Shown one piece after another: positions 1 through 10,771 of a stretch of 64,000 nucleotides of DNA. The notes beneath the pieces are model-generated. The model searched no databases. It was not told the DNA's origin and was given only the letters and a program-made list of their open reading frames with translations. Source of the DNA: Tortispora ganteri (Eukaryota). Position 1 is the stretch's first letter, and the number at the start of each line of letters is the position of its first letter. The stretch lies in contig PPNB01000020.1 in the NCBI GenBank assembly GCA_003707115.1, forward strand, positions 1 through 64,000. The letters are read 5' to 3'. A program made the position numbers and the translations under genes.

Positions 1-589
1 AAAAACTTTATTCAAGGGTATAGGTGTTTGCACGTGATATTTATAGCCAATAGGGGGCGCTGTTTGCTCTCCTTCACTAGGCTTACTCCACCTCTTGTCG
101 ACGACCGTATACATTATTGAGCAACGCACGCGAACAACTTACACAGGATGCGCTCAATCGAAGGTTAACAGCGTCCAGGAATAATAAAATTAGCCATTGG
201 GCTCTTGAGACAACAGCCTGTGGTGTCAAGTCATCGATTTTCTCGCAGTACTGGGCTAATTATTTTGCAGTTGCGATATACATTATTCCGATCGTAACTC
301 CGCTTTATACGAATTCGCCTACGGGAAGTATCAATTATAACAAAATGTTATGAAAGATTATCAAGCATATCAACAAAAGAAATATTGAAGAGGAACTAAA
401 CTGAAGTATAATAAGTAAACAAACACGGAACAAACAATTCAATACCTGTCTGTAAAGTTTGCTGGGTCAACTAGTAACACCACAACATATATGAAAAGTA
501 ATAAGGATGCAGGAGAAACAATATACTAGAGACACTAACTGAAGAAGAATTGAACGGTAAGAATTATTGGTCAGCAAAGACTTAATCCA

Positions 590-1010
590 TTACTGAGTTT
601 TACAGTTCTGTGGATCCTCGGGATTGGCAGAATCTGAAGCACTATTTCCATTTTCACCATTATCAGAATCCTCGTTGCCTTCATCATTTTCGAGGTCCTT
701 AGCCGACGGTGGGGAGAAGAATAAAAAGAAGGAAGGAACAGGTACAACCTTTTGAATCATTCGGATAGCGTTGGTTTTCTTATTACGCTGTTTTCGTATT
801 TCAATTTCGGTAGTGAGATTCTTTTCAGGTGATTTCCAGTCACTCTCGCATCCTTCAGCATAATCATAGACAAAGTCGCCGAAATAAAACACATCATCGT
901 GGTAATGATATGTTTTAGTCAGTACCTCATTGGAGAAAAAGTCATTCTCATCAAAGAAAAGGCTTCGCGGTGTAAGAACTCTGGGGAGCCACATTTGGAA
1001 TCACGCTCAT
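590..1010 (-). pseudogene. Truncated, internally deleted nucleosome assembly protein (NAP1-like) remnant
   Basis: ORF 590-994 matches the NAP1 C-terminal half (FFSNEVLTKTY..GDFVYD.AEGC..DWK...NLT..IEIRKQRNKKT...SFF.FFSPP) and ends in CKTQ, like NAP1 CKQS/CKQQ. It lacks the N-terminal two-thirds and the conserved LELDY..IPRA.DWFTG block. Confidence 0.7.
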
Positions 1011-1313
1011 GATATTTTTATAGCCACCTAGCGTTTCAGGAACCAACCCTATGCTTTTGAAAGCTATTTAGCTATATAGAAACTTATCAAACCATCTCTT
1101 ACCAGACTATAACTGAGAATAAACCAGATAGATGTACATAGTGTATGGCTTCGGGGGCAACAAAGATAGTCTCAGGCTGTCTCTTTAATCGTTAGAGCGT
1201 GCACGATTGGGGGGCGTGGGCAGCAGTGGTAACTATGCGACGCTGGCGAGAAATCTTGCAAACCATCGGCCACATCAACATTCAACCTTTCTTATACTAT
1301 TCAGCTTATACCA

Positions 1314-1949
1314 ATGGTAGATGATCCTATCGATCCTGCTGTGAAAGTTTTATATTGTGGTGTGTGTACTCTACCCGTCGAGTACTGTGAGTTTGGTGCC
1401 ACACTGAAGAAGTGCAAAGCCTGGTTACAATCGAACGACCCAATAGAGTACGCTGCTCTTTATGAATCTGGTATCGGAGCGTTATCTCTGAATGAAGATG
1501 GAAATGACGATGAGGCTGTTGCAGCCAGCGTAGAAAAGAGTAAGCGCGATATCGCTAAACGGCAAGCGAAGGAAGAAGCCAAAGAGGCGCTCGAACAATC
1601 AAAGCTTAAACACATGCAAATATTCATAAAAACCAATGACAGGAATAAAAGGAAGACTATAACGTCGATTTACGGTGCCCTTGAAGTAATGGCTGACAAA
1701 TCAGATTTAAAGAAACTTGCAAAGACGTTTGCTGGAAAGTTTGCTACAGGATCGTCACTCGGTAAAACTACAGAAGGCACACCCGAGATATCTATACAGG
1801 GTGACGTTGCTGACGCTGTTGAGGCGTATCTTCGTGATCAACTGGACACCAAAGGCTTGCAGGACTTAAAAATAACGAGAGTTATCGACAAAAAGAAAGA
1901 GTCTGCTGCTACTACAGCAGCTGGATTTTCTACGGGTGGGTCGAAGTAG
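1314..1949 (+). CDS. TMA22: Translation machinery-associated protein 22 (DENR, SUI1 domain)
   Basis: VLYCGVCTLPVEYCEFG zinc site; C-terminal SUI1 domain (FAGKFATGSS..ISIQGDV). Confidence 0.95.
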   Translation: MVDDPIDPAVKVLYCGVCTLPVEYCEFGATLKKCKAWLQSNDPIEYAALYESGIGALSLNEDGNDDEAVAASVEKSKRDIAKRQAKEEAKEALEQSKLKHMQIFIKTNDRNKRKTITSIYGALEVMADKSDLKKLAKTFAGKFATGSSLGKTTEGTPEISIQGDVADAVEAYLRDQLDTKGLQDLKITRVIDKKKESAATTAAGFSTGGSK

Positions 1950-2017
1950 CTGACAGGCTCATCTCAGGGGTATTTTAATGAAGGAAAGATGTCATGTCTA
2001 ACAACATTAGAATGCTT

Positions 2018-2902
2018 CTATAGTGATAAATTTTTTAAAGACTCGTATACAGAGAAAATTATTGCACTAGACGGCGCAGCTCGGAACACTGTAATTCCAC
2101 ATCCTCTGTAAAGACTCCGTACTCCTCCTGTTTGGTACATTTCTTTCAGCACTCTGAAGAAAGGCTTATCGCTAGCGATAGTGTCTGTTTGCATTTTAGA
2201 TTTGACGGAATCAGCAGGAAACAACGAAATGTTGTATCCAATTCCAGCAGCTGCACCTGCTATCATGCTATCGCTAGTACTTGGCTTCGCTTTATCTTTA
2301 CACAGTAAAGATAAAGTATACTCGTATGCTCCAAACCATGCTGCGGAGCCACCGCATTCCCTAAACAGAGTACCCATCTGTCCCCGCCAAAATCCCTTAA
2401 TTCCCGTCTGATAGTAAATCGCTTTCATAATTTCAAATGGACCAGGAACTGCTACAGCCTGTGTATGCAAAGATCGGCGGCCCTGAATGCTCGCCGTTCC
2501 ACGTAGAGGATCACATAACGTCTGTACTTGCATCTTGCACTTCACTAGCTCTATAGGTGTAATGAAGAAACTAGTAAACACACCAGCAAACGCACCGCAT
2601 AGAACTAACTGAGAAGTGCCAATTTCGGTAAATTCAGATATCACAGACTTTGCAGCGGAGTATGATACGAACAATGCGGCGTTCTCGACACCGGCGCCAA
2701 TGATTGGTGAAGACATACCACGATACAGCCCCAATAACCCTTCATTCTTTATTGTTCGCTTAAAACAGTCAAGTGGACCAGAGAACATATTGCCGAGTGA
2801 TTGAAGTCGTACTTTTACGGTGTCAAATGGATATTCTATAACTTTACCGCTCATACCGGCGATTGATCCGCATACGATGTCCTTTAAAGCGTCATTCGTC
2901 AT
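2018..2902 (-). CDS. ORT1: Mitochondrial ornithine/amino-acid carrier
   Basis: Three carrier repeats (EYPFDTVKVRLQ, TPIELVKCKMQ, FPADSVKSKMQ); GKVIEYP and RECGGSAAWF are typical of the ornithine carrier. Confidence 0.88.
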   Translation of the reverse strand: MTNDALKDIVCGSIAGMSGKVIEYPFDTVKVRLQSLGNMFSGPLDCFKRTIKNEGLLGLYRGMSSPIIGAGVENAALFVSYSAAKSVISEFTEIGTSQLVLCGAFAGVFTSFFITPIELVKCKMQVQTLCDPLRGTASIQGRRSLHTQAVAVPGPFEIMKAIYYQTGIKGFWRGQMGTLFRECGGSAAWFGAYEYTLSLLCKDKAKPSTSDSMIAGAAAGIGYNISLFPADSVKSKMQTDTIASDKPFFRVLKEMYQTGGVRSLYRGCGITVFRAAPSSAIIFSVYESLKNLSL

Positions 2903-3144
2903 TATAGAGCCACAAAATCAAAATTATAGGCTTGAAAACAACCCCACCTGGATATTAGATTACAGATAATTATTGTTGCAAGTCGTTGCGCATTTACTGT
3001 ATATTTAAGACAAAGCAATATCGAAAAAAAGGAAGGTTAGAGTGGGTCTGTGTGTAAGAAAATTAACTCTAAATCCAAAGATGGGCGATGTATGTCATGC
3101 AAACGCCCATAAGAAAATCTCAAACCGAGTTTCAGATCACACAC

Positions 3145-4611
3145 TCAAGCCAGCGATCCCATAGGGTCCCATAGCGGAAGAATATTTGCTTTTTTGGATC
3201 GTGCTCTAACCGTTTCCTTGGGCGCCAATGCGGTAGGCGTAACGATTTGATAAACGTAGTCCTCGAACCATTTATCACTAGCGATAAACCACCCTTTGCG
3301 TCCGCTATTCTCCCCCCATGAGTTTTGCACTCTCCATCTAACAGGTTTTCCATCAACAACATGTACTGCAGTTAGAACCATAGCGTGATTCAATGCAGAT
3401 TCACCAGAGACAAGCTTGTCAGCCTTGTTCATGTTAAACTTGACATTCAATCCGTTCTCATAGTCGAAGAGATCAGTATCAAACGTGCCTTTAGTGCGAT
3501 CACTGAACTTTACACAGTCAGAACCAAAGAAAACTGGCATATCAGACTTTAGCATCGAGATAGCGGTTTCCTTCAGCGCGTCAATACTCGCGGTAACATA
3601 TTGAACTGGTCTGCCATTTACCATGTTGGACAATCGGTCCACTTGATACAAATTTCCATCAGTATGTCTAGGATCGTTGATCATGGAGAAGTGGTCGTTC
3701 AGATCAAATTCGACGTAGGTTTTAAAAAAGTCACGAGGCGTGCTTTCAATGCTCTGGACTTTCTTGTTTTTGTCGACAAAATCCCACACAAATTTGTCCG
3801 TGGGCTTAGGAGGGGGTCCCATAGTAAGTTCAAGGATATTGAAGATTTCCTTTACCATGGCCTTGCGGACACTTTCTACCTTTGCTGGGGTGGATCCAGA
3901 GTTTATCAAGTCACGCAGAACAAGCGCGTCTTCACGGAGCTTGTTAAGAACCACAAAGTTGACTTGTCCAGAAGCAATAGCGACTTCTGGATCAGGGTAG
4001 CAGGAGTGAGGGATAACTCCGTATTTCGACACCAAATTTATGATCATGTCCCACTGGCCGCCGTCAGAAACAGGCTCACTAAGCAATCTCTGGACCAGAC
4101 GACCGTCCAAGGGCTCCGAAGCAGTTTCAATAATATTCTGCAAGAAATAATTAGCTTTCTCTAGCTTATCGTAGAAGAACAAGTACGACTGCGACAGTTC
4201 GCACTCTTCAAGGTTGAGCTTTTTCATCAATTGCACGCGAAAAACATTACATGTGGCAAACAACCAACATCTACCAGACGACTTCTGGTTAGTTATAGGA
4301 GCACCCTCAACAGACAAAGCAATGTTAAAGATATGGATACTGTCTGCGATGACATTATCACGTTTCTTCAGAGCAGCTACAGGTCCGAGATTGGGTAAGA
4401 TACTTGCCATAAGCGCATTCTTGGCGTCAGACAGAAGCTCATCTTCCCACGCTTTTAGAGTAGAGATATCTAGAACGTCTTCAGAAGGCGAGTCAACGGT
4501 TTCGTCAATCGTGAGTCTAGCGAGAGCGGATTCAGTAAGTTCAGAGGTCATTGATTCAACAAAGCTTCTATCGTCGTCGGAGATTGGATTCTTTGAAGAA
4601 TTAGATCCCAT
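3145..4611 (-). CDS. LAP3: Bleomycin hydrolase / cysteine aminopeptidase (peptidase C1B)
   Basis: TNQKSSGRCWLFA catalytic Cys, NHAMVLT His, VQNSWG Asn, C-terminal WDPMGSLA. Confidence 0.96.
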   Translation of the reverse strand: MGSNSSKNPISDDDRSFVESMTSELTESALARLTIDETVDSPSEDVLDISTLKAWEDELLSDAKNALMASILPNLGPVAALKKRDNVIADSIHIFNIALSVEGAPITNQKSSGRCWLFATCNVFRVQLMKKLNLEECELSQSYLFFYDKLEKANYFLQNIIETASEPLDGRLVQRLLSEPVSDGGQWDMIINLVSKYGVIPHSCYPDPEVAIASGQVNFVVLNKLREDALVLRDLINSGSTPAKVESVRKAMVKEIFNILELTMGPPPKPTDKFVWDFVDKNKKVQSIESTPRDFFKTYVEFDLNDHFSMINDPRHTDGNLYQVDRLSNMVNGRPVQYVTASIDALKETAISMLKSDMPVFFGSDCVKFSDRTKGTFDTDLFDYENGLNVKFNMNKADKLVSGESALNHAMVLTAVHVVDGKPVRWRVQNSWGENSGRKGWFIASDKWFEDYVYQIVTPTALAPKETVRARSKKANILPLWDPMGSLA

Positions 4612-4696
4612 TAATAGTAAAAATCAAGTTATAGAGGTCGATAACTTTTAGTTGGCAAAAGAAGGGAAATATCAGAGGAATTCTGGAAAGGGAGGA

Positions 4697-4703
4697 TGAG
4701 TCA
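4697..4703. promoter_or_regulatory. Gcn4/AP-1-type site TGAGTCA in the LAP3/SIR2 divergent intergenic region
   Basis: Exact TGAGTCA about 90 bp upstream of the LAP3 ATG; a single short motif. Confidence 0.3.
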
Positions 4704-4986
4704 ATAAAAGGAGGGGAAGATAACGCCGTGTTATTTTTTAACCTTGGAGGATTTTAGCGGCTTTTTTGGATGTTTCGTGATTTAGATGTGCCTAGCAAAC
4801 TTCGGTATCTTTGTTGATATAGTAGTTCTTACATCTAAAAATGCAGATTTTTATCATAATTATATATTTTATGTTCCAAGTTTCTGTCTTAACGAGAGTC
4901 AATAGTCTACTATGATCTGCGAACAGATGAAGCTTACATTCAATACTTGAACTTTATATCTGATATTTCGATATAACCAATCGCAA

Positions 4987-6468
4987 ATGAAACGAGAGCA
5001 AGAATACGATAAAAAATCAACTATCGAACCAAGCTCTCCTATTGAAGATACTGACACCAGTGATTCTGAAATAGTTGATGAGGAAACAGAATCATCAAAC
5101 CAGATACCTGACTATCTGACAGAGGAGTTCATAACTGATGGACAAAATTTCCTGCTGCGCAATGGCCCCCGCGCATTTCTATCGAAGTACTATATCGAGG
5201 AAGAAATTCACCCTGCATCTATCCTCTGTATTCTAGATCAGAATGTCCCCGCTGCATATTGGTCAATAGATCCTCAAGACCTCATGCCTATAGTGCTGTC
5301 TACCATGTCAGATATTTTTCAGCGGAGACAGAAATTGCAACAGTACAACACTCCCGAGGATGCGGCGGAATTGATAAAAAACGCTAAGAATATAATAGTA
5401 CTTACTGGAGCTGGTGTTTCCACCAGTTTAGGCATACCTGATTTTCGTTCCGATACAGGAATATACACTAAATTGGCACAACTCGGCCTTTCTGAACCCC
5501 AAGATGTGTTTGATTTGAGCACCTTTTTAATCGACCCCTCCATCTTCTATAGGTTTGCCAAAGACGTCCTACCGACTACTGTGTCTTTCTCTCCTACGCA
5601 TCTTTTTGTTAAAGTCTTGGACGACCACCATAAGCTCCTCACCAACTACACTCAGAATATAGACAATCTCGAAGTTAATACAGGCCTCAGCCGGGAAAAA
5701 ATCGTACAATGTCATGGATCATTTGCTACAGCGACCTGTATGAAATGCAAGAAAAAAGTTCCAGGTACTCAGCTGTATAGTTATATACGGAAAGGAGAAG
5801 TCGCTTATTGTCAAAATCCTGACTGTGGGACCACACGTGCAGGCTCCAAGCGCCCATTTCCTGGCACTACCAGCAGTGGCGATGAAGATGACGCAGAAGA
5901 TACCCCAGGAGTAATGAAACCTGACATAACATTTTTCGGCGAGAAGCTCCCCGATGAGTTTGAAAACAGGTTCGAAAAAAGAGATATTAATGAATGCGAT
6001 CTTCTCATATGTATTGGAACGTCTTTAAAAGTGGCCCCTGTCAGTGATATAGTGAGAATGCTACCGAGTAGTGTGCCCCAAATATACATAAATAGACAAC
6101 CTTGTCGTCATTATCAGTTTGATATCACATTACTAGGAAACTGTGACGACGTAGTGGCTCATCTGTGCCATTTACTGGGATGGGAACTAAACCACCCAGC
6201 GCTAAAATCTCTTGAGTTTCAAGATAGAATAATAAAAATAGACGATGGGGTCTATTCATTTGGTGAAGTTCAAGCGAATGATTTCGAGTCGTCTAGTTCA
6301 GTCGATGCCACTAGCAGTGAAGATGAACCGAATGAAAACGGTAGTGATACCAAAGATGATAAAGAGAATACAACAGGCTACAAAGTGACGCCTATAGCTG
6401 TCGTACAAGAAGAAATATCTCACACTTCTCATCATCAGTCAACAGAAAACTCAAATCCAACCCTCTAA
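4987..6468 (+). CDS. SIR2: NAD-dependent histone deacetylase, Sir2/Hst1 (class I sirtuin)
   Basis: GAGVSTSLGIPDFRS, NYTQNIDNLE, QCHGSFATATC, KPDITFFGE, IGTSLKVAPVS. Confidence 0.93.
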   Translation: MKREQEYDKKSTIEPSSPIEDTDTSDSEIVDEETESSNQIPDYLTEEFITDGQNFLLRNGPRAFLSKYYIEEEIHPASILCILDQNVPAAYWSIDPQDLMPIVLSTMSDIFQRRQKLQQYNTPEDAAELIKNAKNIIVLTGAGVSTSLGIPDFRSDTGIYTKLAQLGLSEPQDVFDLSTFLIDPSIFYRFAKDVLPTTVSFSPTHLFVKVLDDHHKLLTNYTQNIDNLEVNTGLSREKIVQCHGSFATATCMKCKKKVPGTQLYSYIRKGEVAYCQNPDCGTTRAGSKRPFPGTTSSGDEDDAEDTPGVMKPDITFFGEKLPDEFENRFEKRDINECDLLICIGTSLKVAPVSDIVRMLPSSVPQIYINRQPCRHYQFDITLLGNCDDVVAHLCHLLGWELNHPALKSLEFQDRIIKIDDGVYSFGEVQANDFESSSSVDATSSEDEPNENGSDTKDDKENTTGYKVTPIAVVQEEISHTSHHQSTENSNPTL

Positions 6469-8112
6469 TGCGTTAATAGCATTGAGAAACCTTCGCTTAC
6501 ATTCTGTATTTTTAGATGGATCAAGACTGATTTCCACTGAAATCTTAGATGCTATATCGAGAAACTGGTCAATGAGTTCTTTATGAGTTTCAGGAATGTG
6601 CAAATTTTCAATTTCTCGCGTAAGCTTTTGCCCCATTTTGGTTCTACCCTCAGTTCGCCTAGAGTGAATAGGTTGAGTGGTACTAGCATGAACGCCCAGC
6701 GAGGATGCTGAGAATGATCTGGGCATATCTCTCGGTCCTTTCACGCCTTCCACTCTAGGAAAGGATATATTTCTGGGTGTTTTGGTCGCTTTTGACTCTT
6801 TCTTAAGAGAGGTTTTTTTAGGGCATAACTGCTCACTCGCAGATCTTTGCGCAGATGTCTCAGGAGATAACTCATTCTTATAATCTCGCTGCCTAGGCAG
6901 AATATTTGGTGAATATTTCGATACCGGAGTACTATGCATAGAGCTCTCAGGAGGAAGTACATTCGGAAGTTTAGGATCCTGACCAGTGAACTCAAGTTCA
7001 GGCTGTGGTTCTTTAATGTCAGAAGCACTAAATGGTTCCAACTTCATTTTAGGAGTAGAAAGAGGTAACACTGTTGTTAACTCTGATTCATCTGTGGGAT
7101 CAAAACTTGCTTGGCTTTCATGTCGAGGTATATCTTCAACGTCCAGGGCACTCTGAACACTCATTTGCGAGATCTTTTTTCTGACGTCTCGTAATGTTTC
7201 CAGTATTTCTTCTGCTTGAGATGACCCCAGGGATTCGCGGTGCTCAAGAGGCTTCTTCAATATTTCTGCTAATTGAGGTTCACTTATTGATTTGCGACCT
7301 CGCGCGAACTGCTTTTGTTGCTCAGCAGACTCGGGGTTGGTAGGGATGTTTTTTGAGATACCAGGCGATCGAGTTATTGACCCAGAACTATCAGTAGACT
7401 TTGGAGATGTCCTAGACATGCTTCTAAGTGATCTTATATCTGCCAATACACCCTGAAGCTCAGTAGTGGACTCTTTGACCTTAGTAATGGAAAGATTGCG
7501 ATTAACTCCACTGCTAGTCTGCTCTTGGAACTCTGTGGCAGGTTCTGGATTGCGCGTAAACTGTTTTACAGGGATTTCAGTAGCGTGTCCTAGAACTGGA
7601 GAATATGAAGAAGAGATGCCAGACATGCTAGAGATAGGTCGATCATATCGTTGCTGAACCGGAGAGGAATCGTCTATATCTTTGCCTTTGTTAGTGTTCA
7701 TGTTTGGAGGATCCAAAGGAACTTCAAAGGAGCCAATACGACGTGACTCATGTAATGGCTGTAATACAGATACAGGAGGAATGTTTAGAGATTGACTCGC
7801 TCGCGGAGAAGAGCCAGATTGTCGGGCGAATGCAGGGGAGGGAGGCTGAAGAGGATTGCTCGATCTGGAGGAGGTAGTTGAGCTAGTATAGAGAGAGGTA
7901 CTTTGAGTGGAGCCACTGCTGTTACTGTGCCTACTAGATGTAGGAATTACGGGATAATCGTGTGAAGTAGGTATGGAGGGAAAAGCAGATGCATTTAGTT
8001 CTGTGGAAGAAGAGGGTACTGGAGCGCTGACGTTCGCTTGTGAGCTCTTGTTTCGTGAATGACCGCGCTTAAAAAGCCTTTTTATGCGAGACCCTTTTTT
8101 AGATGAATCCAT
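6451..8112 (-). CDS. Hypothetical Ser/Pro-rich protein with a short helical C-terminal domain
   Basis: Open frame of about 553 codons, first ATG at 8112; low-complexity body, ordered C-terminus (..RRFLNAINALEGWI). Confidence 0.75.
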   Translation of the reverse strand: MDSSKKGSRIKRLFKRGHSRNKSSQANVSAPVPSSSTELNASAFPSIPTSHDYPVIPTSSRHSNSSGSTQSTSLYTSSTTSSRSSNPLQPPSPAFARQSGSSPRASQSLNIPPVSVLQPLHESRRIGSFEVPLDPPNMNTNKGKDIDDSSPVQQRYDRPISSMSGISSSYSPVLGHATEIPVKQFTRNPEPATEFQEQTSSGVNRNLSITKVKESTTELQGVLADIRSLRSMSRTSPKSTDSSGSITRSPGISKNIPTNPESAEQQKQFARGRKSISEPQLAEILKKPLEHRESLGSSQAEEILETLRDVRKKISQMSVQSALDVEDIPRHESQASFDPTDESELTTVLPLSTPKMKLEPFSASDIKEPQPELEFTGQDPKLPNVLPPESSMHSTPVSKYSPNILPRQRDYKNELSPETSAQRSASEQLCPKKTSLKKESKATKTPRNISFPRVEGVKGPRDMPRSFSASSLGVHASTTQPIHSRRTEGRTKMGQKLTREIENLHIPETHKELIDQFLDIASKISVEISLDPSKNTECKRRFLNAINALEGWI

Positions 8113-8438
8113 CAGATGCAAAAAAATGAACAGTAGAGTGTTTAGCGCGGCGACTGTTAAGCGATCGAAAGGTTAGACTCACATTTGTGTTTTTTGTTTG
8201 TGTATAGTCCCGATCCGGTAGGAGAGACGATCATGGATAAACCTTAAAACTTCGAGTATTTAGGTGGATCAACGATGCAAAAAGCGTACCTCTATAATTA
8301 GATATAAAATATCAAACACTCATTGCATCATTAAATCAGTAGTATCTTTGTTTACTCTAATATTGTAAATTGTTGACAAAAAGCTGGCTGGTTGGTTGCA
8401 TAGCCATTCGGTTGGGCCGGCGAAACTGGGAAAGCGAC

Positions 8439-9104
8439 ATGATTCCCAGTGTCGACGAACTTGCACAACGCGCATTGCATCTCTACAATGACAAGAAAAG
8501 CAGGGTACTGATACTGATTGGAGGTGCTCCAGGATCAGGCAAAACGACGCTAGCAACTGAAGTTGCAGGGGAGGTTTCTAAACTCCTGGGAGAAGGGCAA
8601 GCTGTGGCCTTGCCTATGGATGGTTTTCATTACTATCGGCACCAATTGCTAGCAATGGACAACCCAGATGAAGCAATTGCCCGCAGAGGGGCCCCATTTA
8701 CTTTCGACGTGGAGCGAATCCTGAAGTATACCAGGCTACTGGTCAACTCAAATAAGTCAATATTATTTCCTAGTTTTGATCACGCCTTAAAAGATCCTCT
8801 CGAAGATGCTATTAAAGTCGACGCTTCGGTTAAAATTATATTCTTCGAAGGTAACTATCTGCTCATGAATGAACCTATTTGGACAGAGCTATATAGTTTG
8901 GCAACAGAAACCTGGTTAGTTAAAGCGTCGACAGCAGAAATAAGAGATAGACTTGCTAACCGTCACCTCAGAGCAGGACTTGTTGATTCCCTTGAGGACG
9001 GTTACAACAGAGTAGATATGAACGATATTCCTAATGGAGAGTACATGCTATCTCATCTCGGCAGAGTCGATCTCACTGTGGACAATTCATCATTTGATAG
9101 TTGA
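8439..9104 (+). CDS. YFH7: P-loop kinase, phosphoribulokinase/uridine kinase family (YFH7-like)
   Basis: GAPGSGKTT Walker A, PMDGFH, RRGAPFTFD, PSFDHALKDP, EGNYLL; first ATG at 8439. Confidence 0.85.
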   Translation: MIPSVDELAQRALHLYNDKKSRVLILIGGAPGSGKTTLATEVAGEVSKLLGEGQAVALPMDGFHYYRHQLLAMDNPDEAIARRGAPFTFDVERILKYTRLLVNSNKSILFPSFDHALKDPLEDAIKVDASVKIIFFEGNYLLMNEPIWTELYSLATETWLVKASTAEIRDRLANRHLRAGLVDSLEDGYNRVDMNDIPNGEYMLSHLGRVDLTVDNSSFDS

Positions 9105-9190
9105 TCTAACCAACTGAAATAGCCAGAAACAGCCTCTCAGTACCAGTCGTTGCACATGGTTCCATACTTTCGTAACTATGCAGCCAGGTA

Positions 9191-9262
9191 TCACGTGACT
9201 AATATGGCATGGAGAAGTAGTCGGCTACCGCCCCCCACTTTTACTCCAGCTTTGACCCCCGC
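9191..9262. promoter_or_regulatory. Promoter motifs upstream of BCKDH E1-beta: E-box TCACGTGA and two CreA/Mig1-like GC boxes
   Basis: TCACGTGA at 9191-9198; CCCCAC near 9233 and CCCCGC near 9257. Confidence 0.35.
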
Positions 9263-9377
9263 GGTATGAGCCACTACCCGACTTATTTTTCGATCGTGTA
9301 TTAGGAACATTTTTAATTCGTTCTTTTCTCACCAAGTTACAATTAACCTCATAATATCTGCTTCTGATTTAAGCAGG

Positions 9378-10547
9378 ATGCTCAGCATGCGAATATTTCA
9401 GAGTGGGACATATTTCAGGCAGTTACGCCGCTCAATATTGCAATCCGCGGTCCAAGTTAGGCATAGCTCATCTGCTGGATGGAACAGCTACACAGCTGGT
9501 GATGCCAAATTTCTTGCCAGAACTCCTGAGGAGAGCATTAAGCAAGCGGGACTCACATCAAGTGTCGAAACGACTAATCTTAACTTATACCAGTCAATAA
9601 ACGATGCCTTGAGGATAGCAATGGAAACAGATGATTCCGCGATTTTGTTCGGAGAAGACGTTGCCTTTGGTGGTGTGTTTAGGTGCTCAATGGGTCTCCA
9701 AGAGCAATTTGGCGAAGCTCGTGTATTCAATACTCCATTGTCTGAGCAAGGAATAGCAGGTTTCGCAGTGGGATATGCTGCTCAAGGAGCTACAGCCATC
9801 GCTGAAATCCAGTTTGCTGATTACGTATTTCCTGCTTTTGACCAGATCGTTAATGAAGCAGCGAAGTATCGCTACCGTGGAGGCAAAAACTTTAACTGTG
9901 GGGGTTTGACTATTCGAATGCCTTGTATGGTTGTTGGTCATGGCGCAATTTATCATTCACAATCTCCGGAGGCTTACTTCGCTCACTGTCCTGGCCTCCG
10001 AGTAGTGATTCCAAGGAGCCCCGTCCAGGCTAAAGGTCTCCTGCTAGCCTCTATTAGGGATCCTAACCCTGTTATATTCATGGAACCAAAAGCTCTTTAT
10101 CGTGCATCTAGCGAGATCGTTCCCACTAGCGATTATGAACTGCCTCTTTCCAAAGCCGAAATCGTGCGTCCTGGTTCGGATATCACAGTTGTTGCATATG
10201 GCACTCAAGTGTATATCGCTGAAAAGGCTGCCGAGTTGGCTGAGAAAGAACTTGGTGTCTCAGTTGAGGTGATAGATCTTCGCACGATCTTACCGTGGGA
10301 TTATGAAACGGTATGCGATTCTGTAACAAAGACCGGCAGACTGCTCGTCACTCACGAAGCGCCCAGAACCAATGGTGTAGGCGCTGAAATCGCTGCATAT
10401 GTGCAGAAGAAGTGTTTCTTGAGACTAGAGTCGCCAGTAGAGCGTGTTACTGGATGGGACGCGCCTAACTCTTTGATACATGAACCATTCTTCGTCCCAG
10501 ACGTTACGCGCGTCTTCCACGGCATCAAGAAGTCTATCAACTATTAG
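9378..10547 (+). CDS. Branched-chain 2-oxoacid dehydrogenase E1 beta subunit, mitochondrial
   Basis: [57 protein letters not shown]; Arg/Ser-rich presequence. Confidence 0.95.
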   Translation: MLSMRIFQSGTYFRQLRRSILQSAVQVRHSSSAGWNSYTAGDAKFLARTPEESIKQAGLTSSVETTNLNLYQSINDALRIAMETDDSAILFGEDVAFGGVFRCSMGLQEQFGEARVFNTPLSEQGIAGFAVGYAAQGATAIAEIQFADYVFPAFDQIVNEAAKYRYRGGKNFNCGGLTIRMPCMVVGHGAIYHSQSPEAYFAHCPGLRVVIPRSPVQAKGLLLASIRDPNPVIFMEPKALYRASSEIVPTSDYELPLSKAEIVRPGSDITVVAYGTQVYIAEKAAELAEKELGVSVEVIDLRTILPWDYETVCDSVTKTGRLLVTHEAPRTNGVGAEIAAYVQKKCFLRLESPVERVTGWDAPNSLIHEPFFVPDVTRVFHGIKKSINY

Positions 10548-10771
10548 ATCAGGTAGTATGTGCCACTGATAAACGACTACAAAATCTATACGAGAACAGT
10601 GAATATACGATAGTATGGTAAAAGACTCAGCACAAAACTTATAAATATAAATTTCCTTCGATCAACAAAATAATCAGATAATAGATAAACTTCACTTAAC
10701 ACGGAATCTTTGCCATTTGAGTCCAATCAAATCCAAGGTTCAAAGACTGACTAGGGCGTATCATATCTAAA

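Noticed and set aside
117..353. 78-aa ORF at the window start
   Set aside because: TTG start with no usable in-frame ATG, and no recognisable motif.
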